Shown here: positions 50,010 to 62,372 of the stretch, piece by piece
How positions within the stretch are numbered: position 1 is the first letter of the stretch
Layout of the letters: each line of letters opens with the position of its first letter
Assembly (NCBI RefSeq): GCF_006345805.1
Contig: NC_042997.1
Span: 52,142,001 to 52,206,000, forward strand
Reading direction: 5' to 3'
Source: Octopus sinensis
Taxonomy: Eukaryota
Length of the DNA stretch: 64,000 nucleotides
Made by a program: the position numbers and the translations under genes
The notes under the pieces: generated by a model
The model's database searches: none
What the model saw: only the letters and a program-made list of their open reading frames with translations
Told to the model about the DNA's origin: nothing

Positions 50010-51455
50010 GCAGAGATGCTCAAAATATCTGGTAGTGTCGGCTATAGCCTAGTCACCCGTTTAGTTAATCAGGTGATACATGAAGGAGTCATACCCAATG
50101 ACTGGTGTAGCAGCATAATAGTCAACTGCTACAAAGGTAAAGGTGACGCCCTAGATACAAATAATTACAGAGGTATCAAGCTGTTGGATCAGGTAATGAA
50201 GGTTATGGAGAGGGTCATAGCCCAACTAATTAGAGAGAGAGTTAGTTTAGATGAGATGCAGTTTGGGTTCGTGCCAGAGAAAAGTACCACTGATGCTATA
50301 TTCCTGGTAAGGCAGCTACAGGAGAAATACCTAGCCAAAGATAAGCCCCTGTACCTGGCTTTTGTTGACATGGAGAAAGCCTTCAACAGGGTCCCCCGAT
50401 CCCTTATCAGGTGGTCAATGAGGAAACTAGGGATAGATGAATGGTTAGTGAGAGCTGTGCGAGCCATGTACAGGGACGCTGCTAGTAAGGTGAGGGTTGG
50501 CAACGAGTACAGTGAAGAATTCCGGGTAGAGGTAGGGGTCCACCAAGGCTCAGTCCTCAGCCCCCTCCTATTTATCATAGTCCTCCAGGCAATAACGGAG
50601 GAATTCAAGACAGGATGCCCCTGGGAACTCCTCTATGCTGATGACCTTGCTCTAATTGCTGAGTCACTATCAGAACTGGAGGAGAAGTTTCAGGTGTGGA
50701 AGCAAGGATTAGAATCGAAGGGCCTTAGAGTCAACCTAGCTAAAACCAAAGTCTTAATAAGTAGGAAGGCAGGCAAACCACAAATCCCTTCAGATAGTTG
50801 GCCCTGCTCGATCTGTAGAAAGGGCGTAGGTAGAAACTCTATAAGATGTACCCAGTGTAAGCTATGGACACATAAGAGGTGCAGCAATATCAAAGGAAGG
50901 CTAACTGGGAGGATAGTTTTTGTATGTGGCAGATGCTCAGGAGCAATAAACACTGAAAATGCACAGAGAACAACTTATGCCACATTCCAGGGAGAAAAAC
51001 TAGAAGTAGTTGATAGCTTCCATTACCAAGGTGGCCAAGTCAGTAGCAGGGGAGGGTGCACTGAAAGTGTAGCTGCTAGAATAAGAATAGCCTGGGCAAA
51101 GTTCAGAGAGCTCTTACCTCTGCTGGTGACAAAGGGCCTCTCGCTCAGAGTAAAAGGTAGACTGTATGATGCATGTGTACTAACAGCCATGCTAAATGGC
51201 AGTGAAACATAGGCCATGACTGCTGAGGACATGCGTAAGCTCACAAGGAATGAAGCCACTATGCTCTGATGGATGTGTAATGTCAGTGGGCATACTCAAC
51301 AGAGTGTAAGTACTTTGAGAGAAAAGTTGGACCTAAGAAGCATCAAATGTGGTGTGCAAGATAGATGACTGTGCTGGTATGGTCATGTGGCAAGAATGGA
51401 TGTGGATAGCTGTGTGAAAAAGTGCCACACCCTAGCGGTTGAGGGAATCTGTGGA
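50010..51455 (+). mobile_element. RTE-clade LINE, truncated at both ends; 398-codon open RT frame (50016-51212) containing a C4HC3 finger
   Basis: NYRGIKLL, QFGF, AFVDMEKAF, GVHQGSVLSPLLF, YADD (50634-50645), VNLAKTK; stops accumulate after 51212. Confidence 0.93.
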
Positions 51456-51469
51456 AAGTTTGAGATATA

Positions 51470-51930
51470 CTCTAGGAATTTCTCAAATAAATCACAATTT
51501 TTGGATCTCCCATACCATATAAACTTGCAGAGATATGAGTCAACCATAGAACAGTGAGTTCCACAGCATTGTTATTTCCATGTTTTTCACCAGCCCATGT
51601 GCTTTTTTCTACTTGTTGCATGTTCATGTCATCTTCTGAGTTAATAAAGTCAATGCTGAAGTTCACTGTTCTGTGTCAAAAATTATAACCATCAATTTCA
51701 TGAATGTGAGAGAGGCCCTCCACATGTCACTTAAAATTGTGGTTCCAAGAAGGACCAACTGATGTATGCCTTCCTTGAGTGTGTCGCAATTCCAGCATGC
51801 ATTGCATAAAGAAAAACATGTCTGGTCTTGCTACACACTCCTCCAAAAACCCACTGCTCAGGTAGCAAGTACCCGTCCTCTAACAGGCTGAGTAACAATA
51901 GAGTTTCTTTGTTGTTGAACAAGGCTGATC
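51470..51930 (-). mobile_element. Decayed Merlin (IS1016/ISXO2-like) transposase fragment
   Basis: Across frameshifts: WVFGGVC..., LGTTILSDMWRA, VNFS..FIN, GTHCSMVDSYLCKFIW. Confidence 0.65.
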
Positions 51931-53537
51931 ACAAACAACAACTGAATCATTATAACTAACTTTTGAGTTAATTAAATTATTGTAACTAACTTCTGAGTTA
52001 AATTTTTCTAGAATCTTTTAACAATACATTCTCTGTTGAAAACCAGTGATTTATTTATTGTACAGGCTTTACAAGATTGAATTTTCTATAAATTTTCTCA
52101 CATCAATAATAATTATATTTTGTATTTCATTTGATGTTTTTTTGTATGGTAGTTACCATACTTCTCAAGAGATATTTTTATTTTCCAATTGAAACACTTT
52201 CAAGGGGTCAATTTATACAATCTTCCCATGGAACAGTTTTTGTGACATGATAATACTATTGTGAAAAGTAAGATTACTTAGAAACTTATTTCTACAAAAG
52301 AGTTTTTTTTTCTTTCTCTTTGTTTCTCTCCTGTTATGATGGTGTTTATTAAGTTTTACTTGATTTAAAGGTTACAGCATGTCTAATATAAATAAAAATA
52401 AAGCAAATTCAATTTCAGTTTATTTAACTAGTTTCTCTGTTGGCTGATGAAATGTCATTAAAACAAGCCTTATGACAGGGAGAAGGATCTTTAAATAAAA
52501 ACTAACACCAGCAAGATATTTTTTGAGATTTGTTTCAATTTGGCATGTCTAATCCAGAATAAGAGCATTAAATAACAACAAAAACTGAGAACAATCAATT
52601 CTAAATTCTAAATGCACTTGTCATTTGAACAAGTGTTACAGAACACTAGACTTTATATTTAAGTGCAATAAATTAAATCCCATCATAAATATGTGTTTTA
52701 GTTTTGTCACCTAATAGCTATAACTAATGCTCCACTTTTTAAGTGACATCCTCATAAAATATGAACCCAATTTAAAGATGTTTGTAATTTCAGGATACAC
52801 ATTCCGTTATAATTACAGAGTATACACCCATTGGATTATTGGGTGTTCTCTAGCAAAAATAGTATCAGAGACCAGCTGTATGACTCAGGTCTCCTAAATA
52901 AAGATTTAATTCTTATCTGAGTAAACATCCACAAAGGCAATATTCTCCCATAGGATTTATAAATATAAAAGACAGGATATATTTTAATGTTTACTAGATG
53001 AATATATTTTCTTCTTTTTTTTTTTTTCAGTTTTGTTAAACATTTTATAAATGACTAATGCAATCATCTTACAATTTGCAATAATTCAGAGATACCCCTT
53101 CATTATGAATTAACTTCCATCATAATATGACCAATTTTTTATTAGAATTAATGATGCTATTTTATCAACTACATGAGATAATTTTTAAATGTTAATTTGA
53201 CTCAGAGTTTATAAAGTAACCTTATACAGTACAGAGGTTAGAGAATCATTAAAAATTTTAGAGAACTGTTATCTCTTGTTCAGAAATACTGAAAGTCAGA
53301 CTATTTTAGGAACATGTTACAAGTATAGCTTTATACACAAAGTGTACCAGCATGTTTTCATCTCTTCTAAATAGTACTGTAAGTAAAAAAAAAAAATGGA
53401 GAACTACCAGTTCTATCACGAGTATAGATGCCCTGTGGTCTTCCTATACCAAATAAAACATCATAAGAATTGTTATCAGCTAATGATTACTATATAAGTA
53501 AGGGTATGGTGGGTCTAAATTATTAAGATTGTCTTAA

Positions 53538-53738
53538 CCCTTTAAAATTTAAACCGACCATATCCAGCCAAAATATTCCACTTGTTTTATGTTCAACTGG
53601 CCATATCTGGCCCTTACACCAATCTTACAATATCATTCTAAAAATTAACAGTTACCTCATCAAAATCTCAAAGCTACAAGATAATGTATGATTAATTCAA
53701 AATTATACTTTTGACAGAATAATTTGAGTGCTAAAAGG
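53538..53738. mobile_element. piggyBac-type MITE, second copy
   Basis: TTAA on both flanks, colinear with 19764-19983. Confidence 0.75.
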
Positions 53739-56647
53739 TTAAAGCACCCCGCCTATATTATCTTCAATAAGATGAGTGCTTAATTATTACTGTAAACAAA
53801 ATATTCTACCAATATCATTCACAGGATGTAAGCCAGTTAGGAAGTCTGCATGGCAACAGCCAAAATTCCATCAAACCGCACCCTATTCACGTCTGCCAGT
53901 TTTAAGTTAGGGCCTGAGTGGAAATTTACTTAAGATACGGTTATTTGTGTGTATGTATTTTGTGTATATGTGTTTATGTATGTCAGATTGCTTCTTAGCA
54001 TTAGAGGTAACATGCAACCTACTGCATGGTCTGGTCAGTAGCAACTAAACTGGTAACCCCACCAAACTTGCTTGGTAAAGATACTGATTTTGGATACCCT
54101 GCAGGTTGAAAAACACAGGACAGATGAATTCAGAAGAGGCAATTATCATCCAGTAATATGTGTTATGCATGTTAAGTGTGTGTGTGGTTAGTGGCATCTT
54201 CACATTTCATTCAAATTGAGCCATGGAAGAAATAAATAACCTTTATCTCCACAGCTTCAAAAGTTTAGGCAGCTGGTCAACTGTAAGTGAAAACATATTA
54301 TCATGCTGGGTTAGAAGTCATAATGTAGGGTAAACATCTGAAATGATATTTTATAGTCTTGATACACATCAAGTAAGAACAGTTAAATCTGGAGATCCAC
54401 TCAGTCATTCTGGTAATCTTCTACATTGTTATACAAGCTCAATTACATAGATGTATCTTGTTGCTGGCATCCTGTGTAAGAACAACAGAGTGTGTAATGT
54501 GTATGCAACTCTTTCTCAATGTCAAAAAAATCTTAAGTTTGTCTAGCATCTGCCTTAGCCATGAATTTTAACAGGCACTCTGTCATATATGCCTGTGTCC
54601 ACTTTTATCTTTGTAAATTTCCTATAGAATTCAAAGCCAGCACTGCAAGTTAGAATGTTTCATATATGAATACATCTATGTAAAAAATGCAATCAAAGAT
54701 AGAAAAAATAAGTGATGAGTGTATATACATATTTCAAGATCTATTGCTCTTTCATCAGCACTACATCAACTTAAACGCCCACTATGTTTAGTGGTATAAT
54801 ACAAGCAATGTGATCATGGATAGTTGATGGTTTGAAAGTGGTGTAAATGAAAGAGCAATAACTCTTGAAATATATATATTCACTTGTTACCTATTTTTTC
54901 TATCTTTAGGAAATCTATAGGGTTAAACTTAAAAGTTAATACACTTCACTGCTAACATAAGGCATGACATATATTGACTTGTAAACCTTTAATATACTTG
55001 GTAATACATTATGGTAGCAAAACGAAATTCTGTGTCCTTGCCAGCAATTAATATGTGTCTGTATTTGTTCCATGCCAAACCTACCTTACTATCTCTCACT
55101 TTATATCCTCCCCAACACCTTTCACTTTGTATCTTCCCTCCATGACTCCCAACTTGTCATCCCAGCCTCTCCATCATTGGTGCAGACTGTATCTTCATCA
55201 TCTACTTCACCGACTCCTTTATTCTTCACTTAGTCTCACATATAAGAGGCTGCACTAAGCCATGCTCACCCCACCCAATACACTTTACCTTGTTCTCCTA
55301 CCAACTTGCACGCTCTCTTTCAGGTCACCTCTATTACCACCCAACACCTAGTCTTGCCTTTACCTCAGTAACCACCCTTACAACTCTGGAGTACCCTTCA
55401 CCTTCTTTTTCTCTCACTGCATTCATCCACTGCCTTCTCTACCCCTTTCTCTCCTCAGCAGCCACTCCCCCCTTCCCTATCTGGAATGCTTTCTCTGAAT
55501 TCACATTCTGCTCCTCCCCCTGCTTCTATGGTACCTTGCAACTTCCCTTTCCTCATTGTTTCCACTGCACTCACCCACAGCCCTGCTCTAATTTTCTCCA
55601 TCTTCAACCTGCAGTTTCTCTAATTCTTCAACAGCCTCCACCACCTTGCTCTACACCTCACCCACTCTGCTATACAATCCACCTCACCACATTTTCACTC
55701 TTTTCCTCCATCATTGGTTCAATGTCCAGTTTCATACTTGCATTGGTCAACAAGACAGATTTCATACAGCCACATGCCCTTCCTATCAGCAACCCTTACT
55801 TGTTTTCAAGCAAAGTAATTTTTTGCCCTTGGCCAGATACATTTCCACAGAAAACTGGAAATGACCCAATTAGTATGATGGCAATACTCATTTACAAACA
55901 TCTTCTGATATCAAACCAAGGGGACACAAACAGTCACACACACATGCACATACGATGGACTCCTTTCAGTTCCCATCTACCAAATCCACTCACAAGGCTT
56001 TGGTTGACCCAGGGTCATAGTAGAAGACACTTGCCCAAAATACTGTGCAGTGGGCCTTCAAACTAAGTGTTTGGGAAGTAAACTGCTTAACCATACAGCC
56101 ATGCCTTCTTTTCTCGCTAACCCCTAACACTAATTCTTTCTTTTTCTCATGTTTCCAGTTCCCACCCCACCCCACTGAATAGTGTCTGGCTGTTACTCTC
56201 TCCACTATAAATCTGCTCTTCACATCTTACTTTGCTCTTCCCAATTAATCCTCCTAGAATAATCACACCCTCTCTTATTTATATTCAGTTATAAGTTCTA
56301 CTTTGAGTCCTTAGTTTTGCAAGTTGAAAGGTAACTTCAGTAGTACTGGTGCCATGAAAAAATATCCAGTACACTCTGTAAAGTTGTTGGCACAAGAAGG
56401 GCATCCAGCCATAGAAACTATTCCAAAACACACCATGGGACATAATGCAGACTCACAAAATCCAGTGAACTAAAGATGAATGTTAGATAATGATGATAAT
56501 GTTTTGTGTATATATACACACACAGATGAGGAATGTCCCAAAAGTAATGCAGAAGTAAATATAACTTGTTTAAGTGACATAAGTTGTTCAAATCACACAT
56601 GTTAGTAGAGTGACGTTTCTTCATGTTTTACTTCACACAAAGAAAAT

Positions 56648-56930
56648 AATTGCAGCATGGAAGGTGTTTGTAAGCCATTTAAGAAACACACAAAAGCCGT
56701 TCGATTCACTTCAACATTTAAGTTTAATTTGTCAAAATATTTTCGTCGCTAAAATCCACGACCTGTTCACGACGAAAATATTTTGACAAATTAAACTTAA
56801 ATGTTGAAGTGAATCGATCGGCTTTTGTATGTTTCTTAAATGGCTTACAAACACCTTCCACGCTGCAATTGTTTTTGTTCCAGCACACGATCTCAGATCA
56901 AATCACTTGCTATGCGAGTACATCTCCGTA
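56648..56930. repeat. Family E repeat rearranged into a 101-bp-arm palindrome
   Basis: Arms 56648-56748 and 56770-56870, 3 mismatches, 21-nt loop. Confidence 0.9.
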
Positions 56931-57399
56931 AAAGAAAATAATATTGTATAATAAAATTTTTATTTATCTATTTTTGTTTTTGGTCTGTGTTATTTCCTAT
57001 ATGCATCTATCTAGAAATCAAAGGAAATGACAGCTATTCCCTGCAAACTTTGCTTTTGTGATCTGGACATCAATGTTTTGAAACTGACCTATTTTCCATT
57101 ACATTTCAGAGAGATTTAGCACTGATTTGCTGAAGAATAAATATCATGATAGCAAATATTTTGTTTAATATCATAGATTTGCTTGTCAATTGCTTGACCA
57201 TGTCACTTAGTAGCTGACAATAAGTGCATCTCTGATAATGAGCAGGAGTAGTGGGTGAACGTCATAGCCATGTGTAGAGAGGGATTCTTTGGGGATTGAA
57301 TAAATGTAACAAAAGCAAAGTTTAAAGGAAATATTAACCATTTTTCATACTTTCTAAGGGTAAGCAAATAGGAAATAACAGTTGCTACCCGAGGACAAA

Positions 57400-58310
57400 A
57401 ATCATGTTACACAGTGTAATGGGTTCCATACAAAAGCAATTTGCTATCCTTGAGTTATTGTCAAAAGAGAGGTTCCACATCCACTGAAGGCTACAGGTTG
57501 TTTACAGTGATGATACCACAAGAGCAATGTACACAGATGGATGAGGAATTTTAAAAAAAGAAAAACCAGACAGACCATGTAGTTGGAGGCTATGAACTGT
57601 GACCACTAACAAGAATCATCAGTAAGTGGATGAACTGATTCATGCATACAGATGAGTCACAATCCATGAGCTTGCTTTACAACTGGACTGTGGTCACAAT
57701 GAATTATAGAAGATATTTGAAGACCTTGGTTATAGGAAAGAGTGTGAAAAAAGTGGGTACCTTGAGACGTGATTTGAAGGAGAGAAGAATAGGAGTCGTC
57801 TCTGATCTGCTGAAAATGTTTGAAGCCAATGAAGACCCATTTTTTTTTTCCTGAACCAGTGACAGGGAATGAAACATGACCACATTTTATGGTCCCAAAC
57901 AAAGTCTCAGTTCATGAAATAGTATCAAACCTCTTCTCCAAGGCCTAAGAAGTTCAAGAGCCAGTGACCGACACAGAAAGTTATGGTGACTGTTTATTGG
58001 GATAACAAAGGAGTCATTCTCCTTCATTCTCTGGAATGTGGTTGAATTATGAAAAGCAAGTAGTATGTTGAAACACTCAAAATGTTTAGAGAAATCATTA
58101 GGAGGGAGAGACCAAACAAGAATCTGAAAACAAATCCACATTCACTTTGTCAATGTATGACCACAAGCATCTTCAGTACCTAATCAGACAATTGGCAAAC
58201 TGGGTTGGTCAGTAGTCCTTCATCCACCATATAACCCCCTGATCTGGTATGCTCTGACTTGCACCAGTTTGGTTCAATGAAAGACAATATTCAGAAACAA
58301 TGACTTGATA
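57400..58310 (+). mobile_element. Heavily decayed mariner transposase
   Basis: VTGNET, PRPKKFK, KVMVTVYWDNKGVIL and HPPY.PDL..SDLH.FGSMKD remnants. Confidence 0.72.
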
Positions 58311-58327
58311 ACAGAGATGAGGAGAAA

Positions 58328-58456
58328 GTAGGTGTAAAGAAGGGGGTACAACGGCACACTTGAAAAACAGGAAGAGTTAGTAATGATGATGTGGAATGGT
58401 GGAGTAACTCTTCCTGTTTTTCAAGTGTGCTGTTGTAACCCCTTCTTCACACCTAC
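58328..58456. repeat. 52-bp inverted repeat with 25-nt loop
   Basis: Arms 58328-58379 and 58405-58456, 3 mismatches. Confidence 0.9.
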
Positions 58457-58684
58457 ATGGGTTGGTTCAACAGGAGCTGCCTGGCCTGAGGTCTGCATCT
58501 AGCTCCACTGTCTGCTTTGACATGGTTTCTATGGGTGGTGCCCACCACTTTACATAGTGTACTAAGTGCATTTTACATAGCACCAGTGGGGTCATCAAGT
58601 AACTTGCAAGACACCCTCAACTAAGCAACAGGGAGGGTAGTAATATTGATGGTGATGGCTTTGAGCAAGGTGATGAGAGATTAA

Positions 58685-58904
58685 CCATTTAGCATTCACA
58701 TTCTTCAGTCAAATGTAATGCTTATTCCTTCATATTGTTTTGAATTAATCATGCATTATTTTGTAGGTAGGAGATTTTGATGATGTAATTATTTATTTTT
58801 AGAATAACATTGTAGGATAAGTGTGAGAAGCCAGATCTGACCAGTCTGAACATAAAACAGATAGAACAGTTTGGTTGGATAAGGCCAGTTTGAATTCTAA
58901 AAGG
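58685..58904. mobile_element. piggyBac-type MITE, third copy (inverted)
   Basis: Reverse complement similarity to 19764-19983; left flank TTAA. Confidence 0.65.
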
Positions 58905-59180
58905 TTAGACAATGACAGTAGGACAAAAACAGATGTCTTACAGTAGAAGAGATAGAAGGTTAACCCCAGTTGGAAAAGAGAGAGAGGAGAGAGAAAGAGA
59001 AAATGATGGCAAAAGATATACACATGTGCACCTTGAATGACCTGTGTCATTTAATAGTTATACCCATTTTCACATTAATTTCAGATCAAAACTCATATAT
59101 GCTTATTAGATTTTAAAATGTTGTTGTAAGTAATATAAATATAATGAAAAATATCAAAGAAAATTTTAACAAAAAGCAAT

Positions 59181-59186
59181 TTTATT
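59181..59186 (-). terminator. Likely MRPL18 polyadenylation signal
   Basis: AATAAA on the minus strand 40 nt after the stop, followed by U-rich sequence. Confidence 0.6.
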
Positions 59187-59225
59187 AAATGACTTAATCA
59201 CAATAATTTAATAAAAAATAATAGA

Positions 59226-59372
59226 TTAATGCTGGATGTCATCACTCCATTTATTATCTTCAATACGATGGTAGCTATCATAGTCAATGCCAGGAATTAT
59301 GGGGAAGATTTTCTCAGTAGGTTCTTTAAGTATCAGGTTATTTTGTTGTACTGCTGTTAAAAAGGCTTGAAG
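59226..59372 (-). CDS. MRPL18: MRPL18 terminal coding exon
   Basis: ttttcttcttcag|; LQAFLTAVQQNNLILKEPTEKIFPIIPGIDYDSYHRIEDNKWSDDIQH*; LKEP aligns to human VVLREP. Confidence 0.9.
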   Translation of the reverse strand, partial: LQAFLTAVQQNNLILKEPTEKIFPIIPGIDYDSYHRIEDNKWSDDIQH

Positions 59373-59799
59373 CTGAAGAAGAAAACAATACATTTTAATC
59401 TGGTGCTTGACTCACTGAGTCATCAAGCTGTAAAGTTTTACAAACTGAGACAATTCAGACAAAAATTTCCATGAGAAAATACATTCATTTTTATACATTT
59501 ATGCATGTTCTTTTTTTAATTACACACAAACTATAAGGAGGTAGAAAATGTAAAAGATATCACCTTCCGAAAAGAAAGAAAGAAAAGAAATGAATGAATG
59601 AATGAAAGGAAGAGGGGGAAGGGGAGAGAGTGAGTGTGTGTGTGTATTTTTATAAATAAAGACGTGGCTGTATGGTAAGAAGTTTGCTTCCCAACCACAT
59701 GGTTTCAGGTTGAGTTCCACTGCATGGCACCTTCAATTCCAACCCTGGGATGACCAAAGCCTTGTGGGTGGATTTGGTAGATAGAAACTGAAAAAAAGA

Positions 59800-59848
<49 letters not shown>

Positions 59849-60992
59849 TTGAGCATGTTTGTGCATGTTACTATCTCCTTGTCTTGACATCATGTAATAA
59901 TTGTAAATAAGTGTCACCATCATGCAGTGTCCTTTGTTTCCAATATTCTGTGAAAACATGTCCAGTGATGAGAAAATATTACCTTACTTGGGAACAGATG
60001 AGCATTAGTAACAGGAAGGGCATCTGACCATAGAAAAATCTGCTTCAATAAATTTCAATGCAGCTCATGCGAGTATGGAAAAGTAGATGCTAAAATGATG
60101 ATAATGGGTGGGCAGGTAGATAGATAGATAGATAGAAATAAGTGCAGGATGGCAGGACCATAGTAAAAGACATTTAGCAAGGTGCCATGCAGCAAGACTG
60201 AGCCCAAAACCATATGCTTAGGAAGAGTGTGTGTGTGTGTGTGTAAAGGTAATTATTTGGACTTTGGGTATATGCTGATTAGACCACTTCCATCTTATGC
60301 CAGTGTAGCCAACACACTACTGGCAACAACAACATGCCAGTCGATTCTCAGTATATGTAGTAGCATATCTTATTTACATTAGATACCTGACAAGACACAG
60401 CCTGCAATAATGGCTGCAACACAACTAGATGTACTATATTCCACCCACAAGGGACAGATGCAAGATGAGTTAAAACGACTGTTGTGCTGAATAAAGATTC
60501 TTGCTAAATCCATTTTCTGTTTCCCTCATTCATTATATGTGTGTATATGTTTGCTTCTGCATATCTTCACACTGATCCTGTATGGGCAGTAGCCCAATGC
60601 ACAACGATGTAGATCAAAGTACCTACTTGCAGAGTTAAGGTTAGCTTCAGAAAGGGCATCCAGCCACAGAATACTGCCGCAAGAAGTTTCAGCTAACTTA
60701 TAACAGTATGGAAAAGTGGACATACAAACAATGACTGAATCATGTATACAAATGGTGTTTATTTTGAAGTGTTTTCCATTCATTAGTAGGCTCATTTGAT
60801 TTGCAATCACAGGAAGAATGTGTGCAGCTACATGTATGTATAGTTATCCCACATGTGTTCTCTAGAAGTCAGTTAGAAATACATTGAATTATAGCTGAGA
60901 TAGATCTCCACGATTCACAATCTCTGGTACTACTCAAGTGCAGTCTAGATTTTAAAAGTCTTTTACATTCATTTCTAAATGCCATATAAAAA

Positions 60993-61713
60993 TCATCATC
61001 ATCATCATCATCATCGTTTAACGTCCGTTCTCCATGCTAGCATGGGTTGGACGGTTTGACCGGGGATCCGGGAAGCCAGAAGGCTGCACCAGGCTCCAGT
61101 CTGATCTGGCAGTGTTTCTACAGCTGGATGCCCTTCCTAACGCCAACCACTCCATGAGTGTAGTGGGTGCTTTTTACGTGTCACCTGCACAGGTGCCAGG
61201 CGAGGCTGGCAATGGCCACGATTGGATTGGTACATTTTACATGCCACCAGCACGAAGATCACTTAAATGCAAACATTTGCTTAAAATCGAAATTGAACTA
61301 AATTCGATGGCTGGCACCCATGCCAGTGGAGAGCTAACAGCTCCATCCGAGCAGGATCACTGCCAGAGCAGCTGTCTGGCTTCCGTGCCAGTGGCACGTA
61401 AAAAGCACCACTTGAGCGTGATCATTGCCAGTGCTGCTGGACTGACTCCTGTGCAGGTGGCATGTAAAAGACACCATTTTGAGCATGGCCTTTGTCAGTA
61501 CCGCCAAACTGGCCCTCGTGCCGGTGGTACGTAAAAGCACCCACTACACTCTCAGAGTGGTTGGCATTAGGAAGGGCATCCAGCTGTAGAAACTCTGCCA
61601 GATCAGATTGGAGCATGGCGCAGTCATCTGGTTCGCCAGTCCTCAGTCAAATCGTCCAACCCATGCTAGCATGGAAAGCAGACATTAAATGATGATGATG
61701 ATGATGACGATGA
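60993..61713. mobile_element. Back-to-back inverted pair of family C elements in the last MRPL18 intron
   Basis: 60993-61262 (-) and 61283-61713 (+), tails pointing outward. Confidence 0.85.
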
Positions 61714-61830
61714 TCAACACACAAACCATGAATCTACAGTGTTTTAGACCAGATCACATTAATCTGATAGACTTTTAATATTATACACTGTCAATGAATC
61801 TAAGACAAGAAACTAATAAAACAACTGTAC

Positions 61831-61948
61831 CTTTTTGGAATTTTTCTCATGTAGCATGTCATCATAAAAGACATGTGTAATTCCAGCTTCAAGACATCTC
61901 AGAGCTAAAATAGTTCCAATACATTTTGCAGCTGTGATGTCACGGCAA
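61831..61948 (-). CDS. MRPL18: MRPL18 penultimate coding exon
   Basis: ttttatag|...aag|gtacag; 118 nt; (S)CRDITAAKCIGTILALRCLEAGITHVFYDDMLHEKNSKK; resembles human IGRVLAQRCLEAGI; phases match both neighbouring exons. Confidence 0.95.
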
Positions 61949-62372
61949 CTATAAAATAATATTAATTTTGTTTGTCAATATATCTAAGTTTCATTCATGT
62001 ATATGCTTGCCTAAGAGCATTTATCCATTTATTATTGTCAGTAGTGAATGATAGGAAGATTACAATATGGTAAGGTTTAAGAATAATAAGATAGACTATA
62101 ATATTAATCCTTAATTAAAAGAAAGATAGAAACCATTTCATATAATGTGGTATTCTTCTCAAAAATGCTCTCCTTACCACTACTTACATGATCCACCCCA
62201 TCATCTTTTCAACTCTCTTCCTCTCCCTCTCCACCCTGCTATTAATTCCTTTTCACTCCTTTGTTCCATGCCATACTTCTCAATTCTCTTCTCTTGTATA
62301 CCTTTCCTAATCCATGGGCATAAGACCATTACCCACTCTTTCTTCTGCTTTTACTCATAGGAGCTACACAGG

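Noticed and set aside
52443-52470. CTGATGA hammerhead-like heptamer
   Set aside because: No GAAA or stem III/cleavage triplet in register
53310-54282. Plus-strand AG...GTAAGT-bounded segments (53310-53378, 54255-54282)
   Set aside because: Short, no homology, and expected by chance in AT-rich DNA; cannot be joined into a credible CDS
55290-56066. 258-aa ORF
   Set aside because: Pyrimidine-rich low-complexity sequence running into an antisense SINE B; no domain motifs
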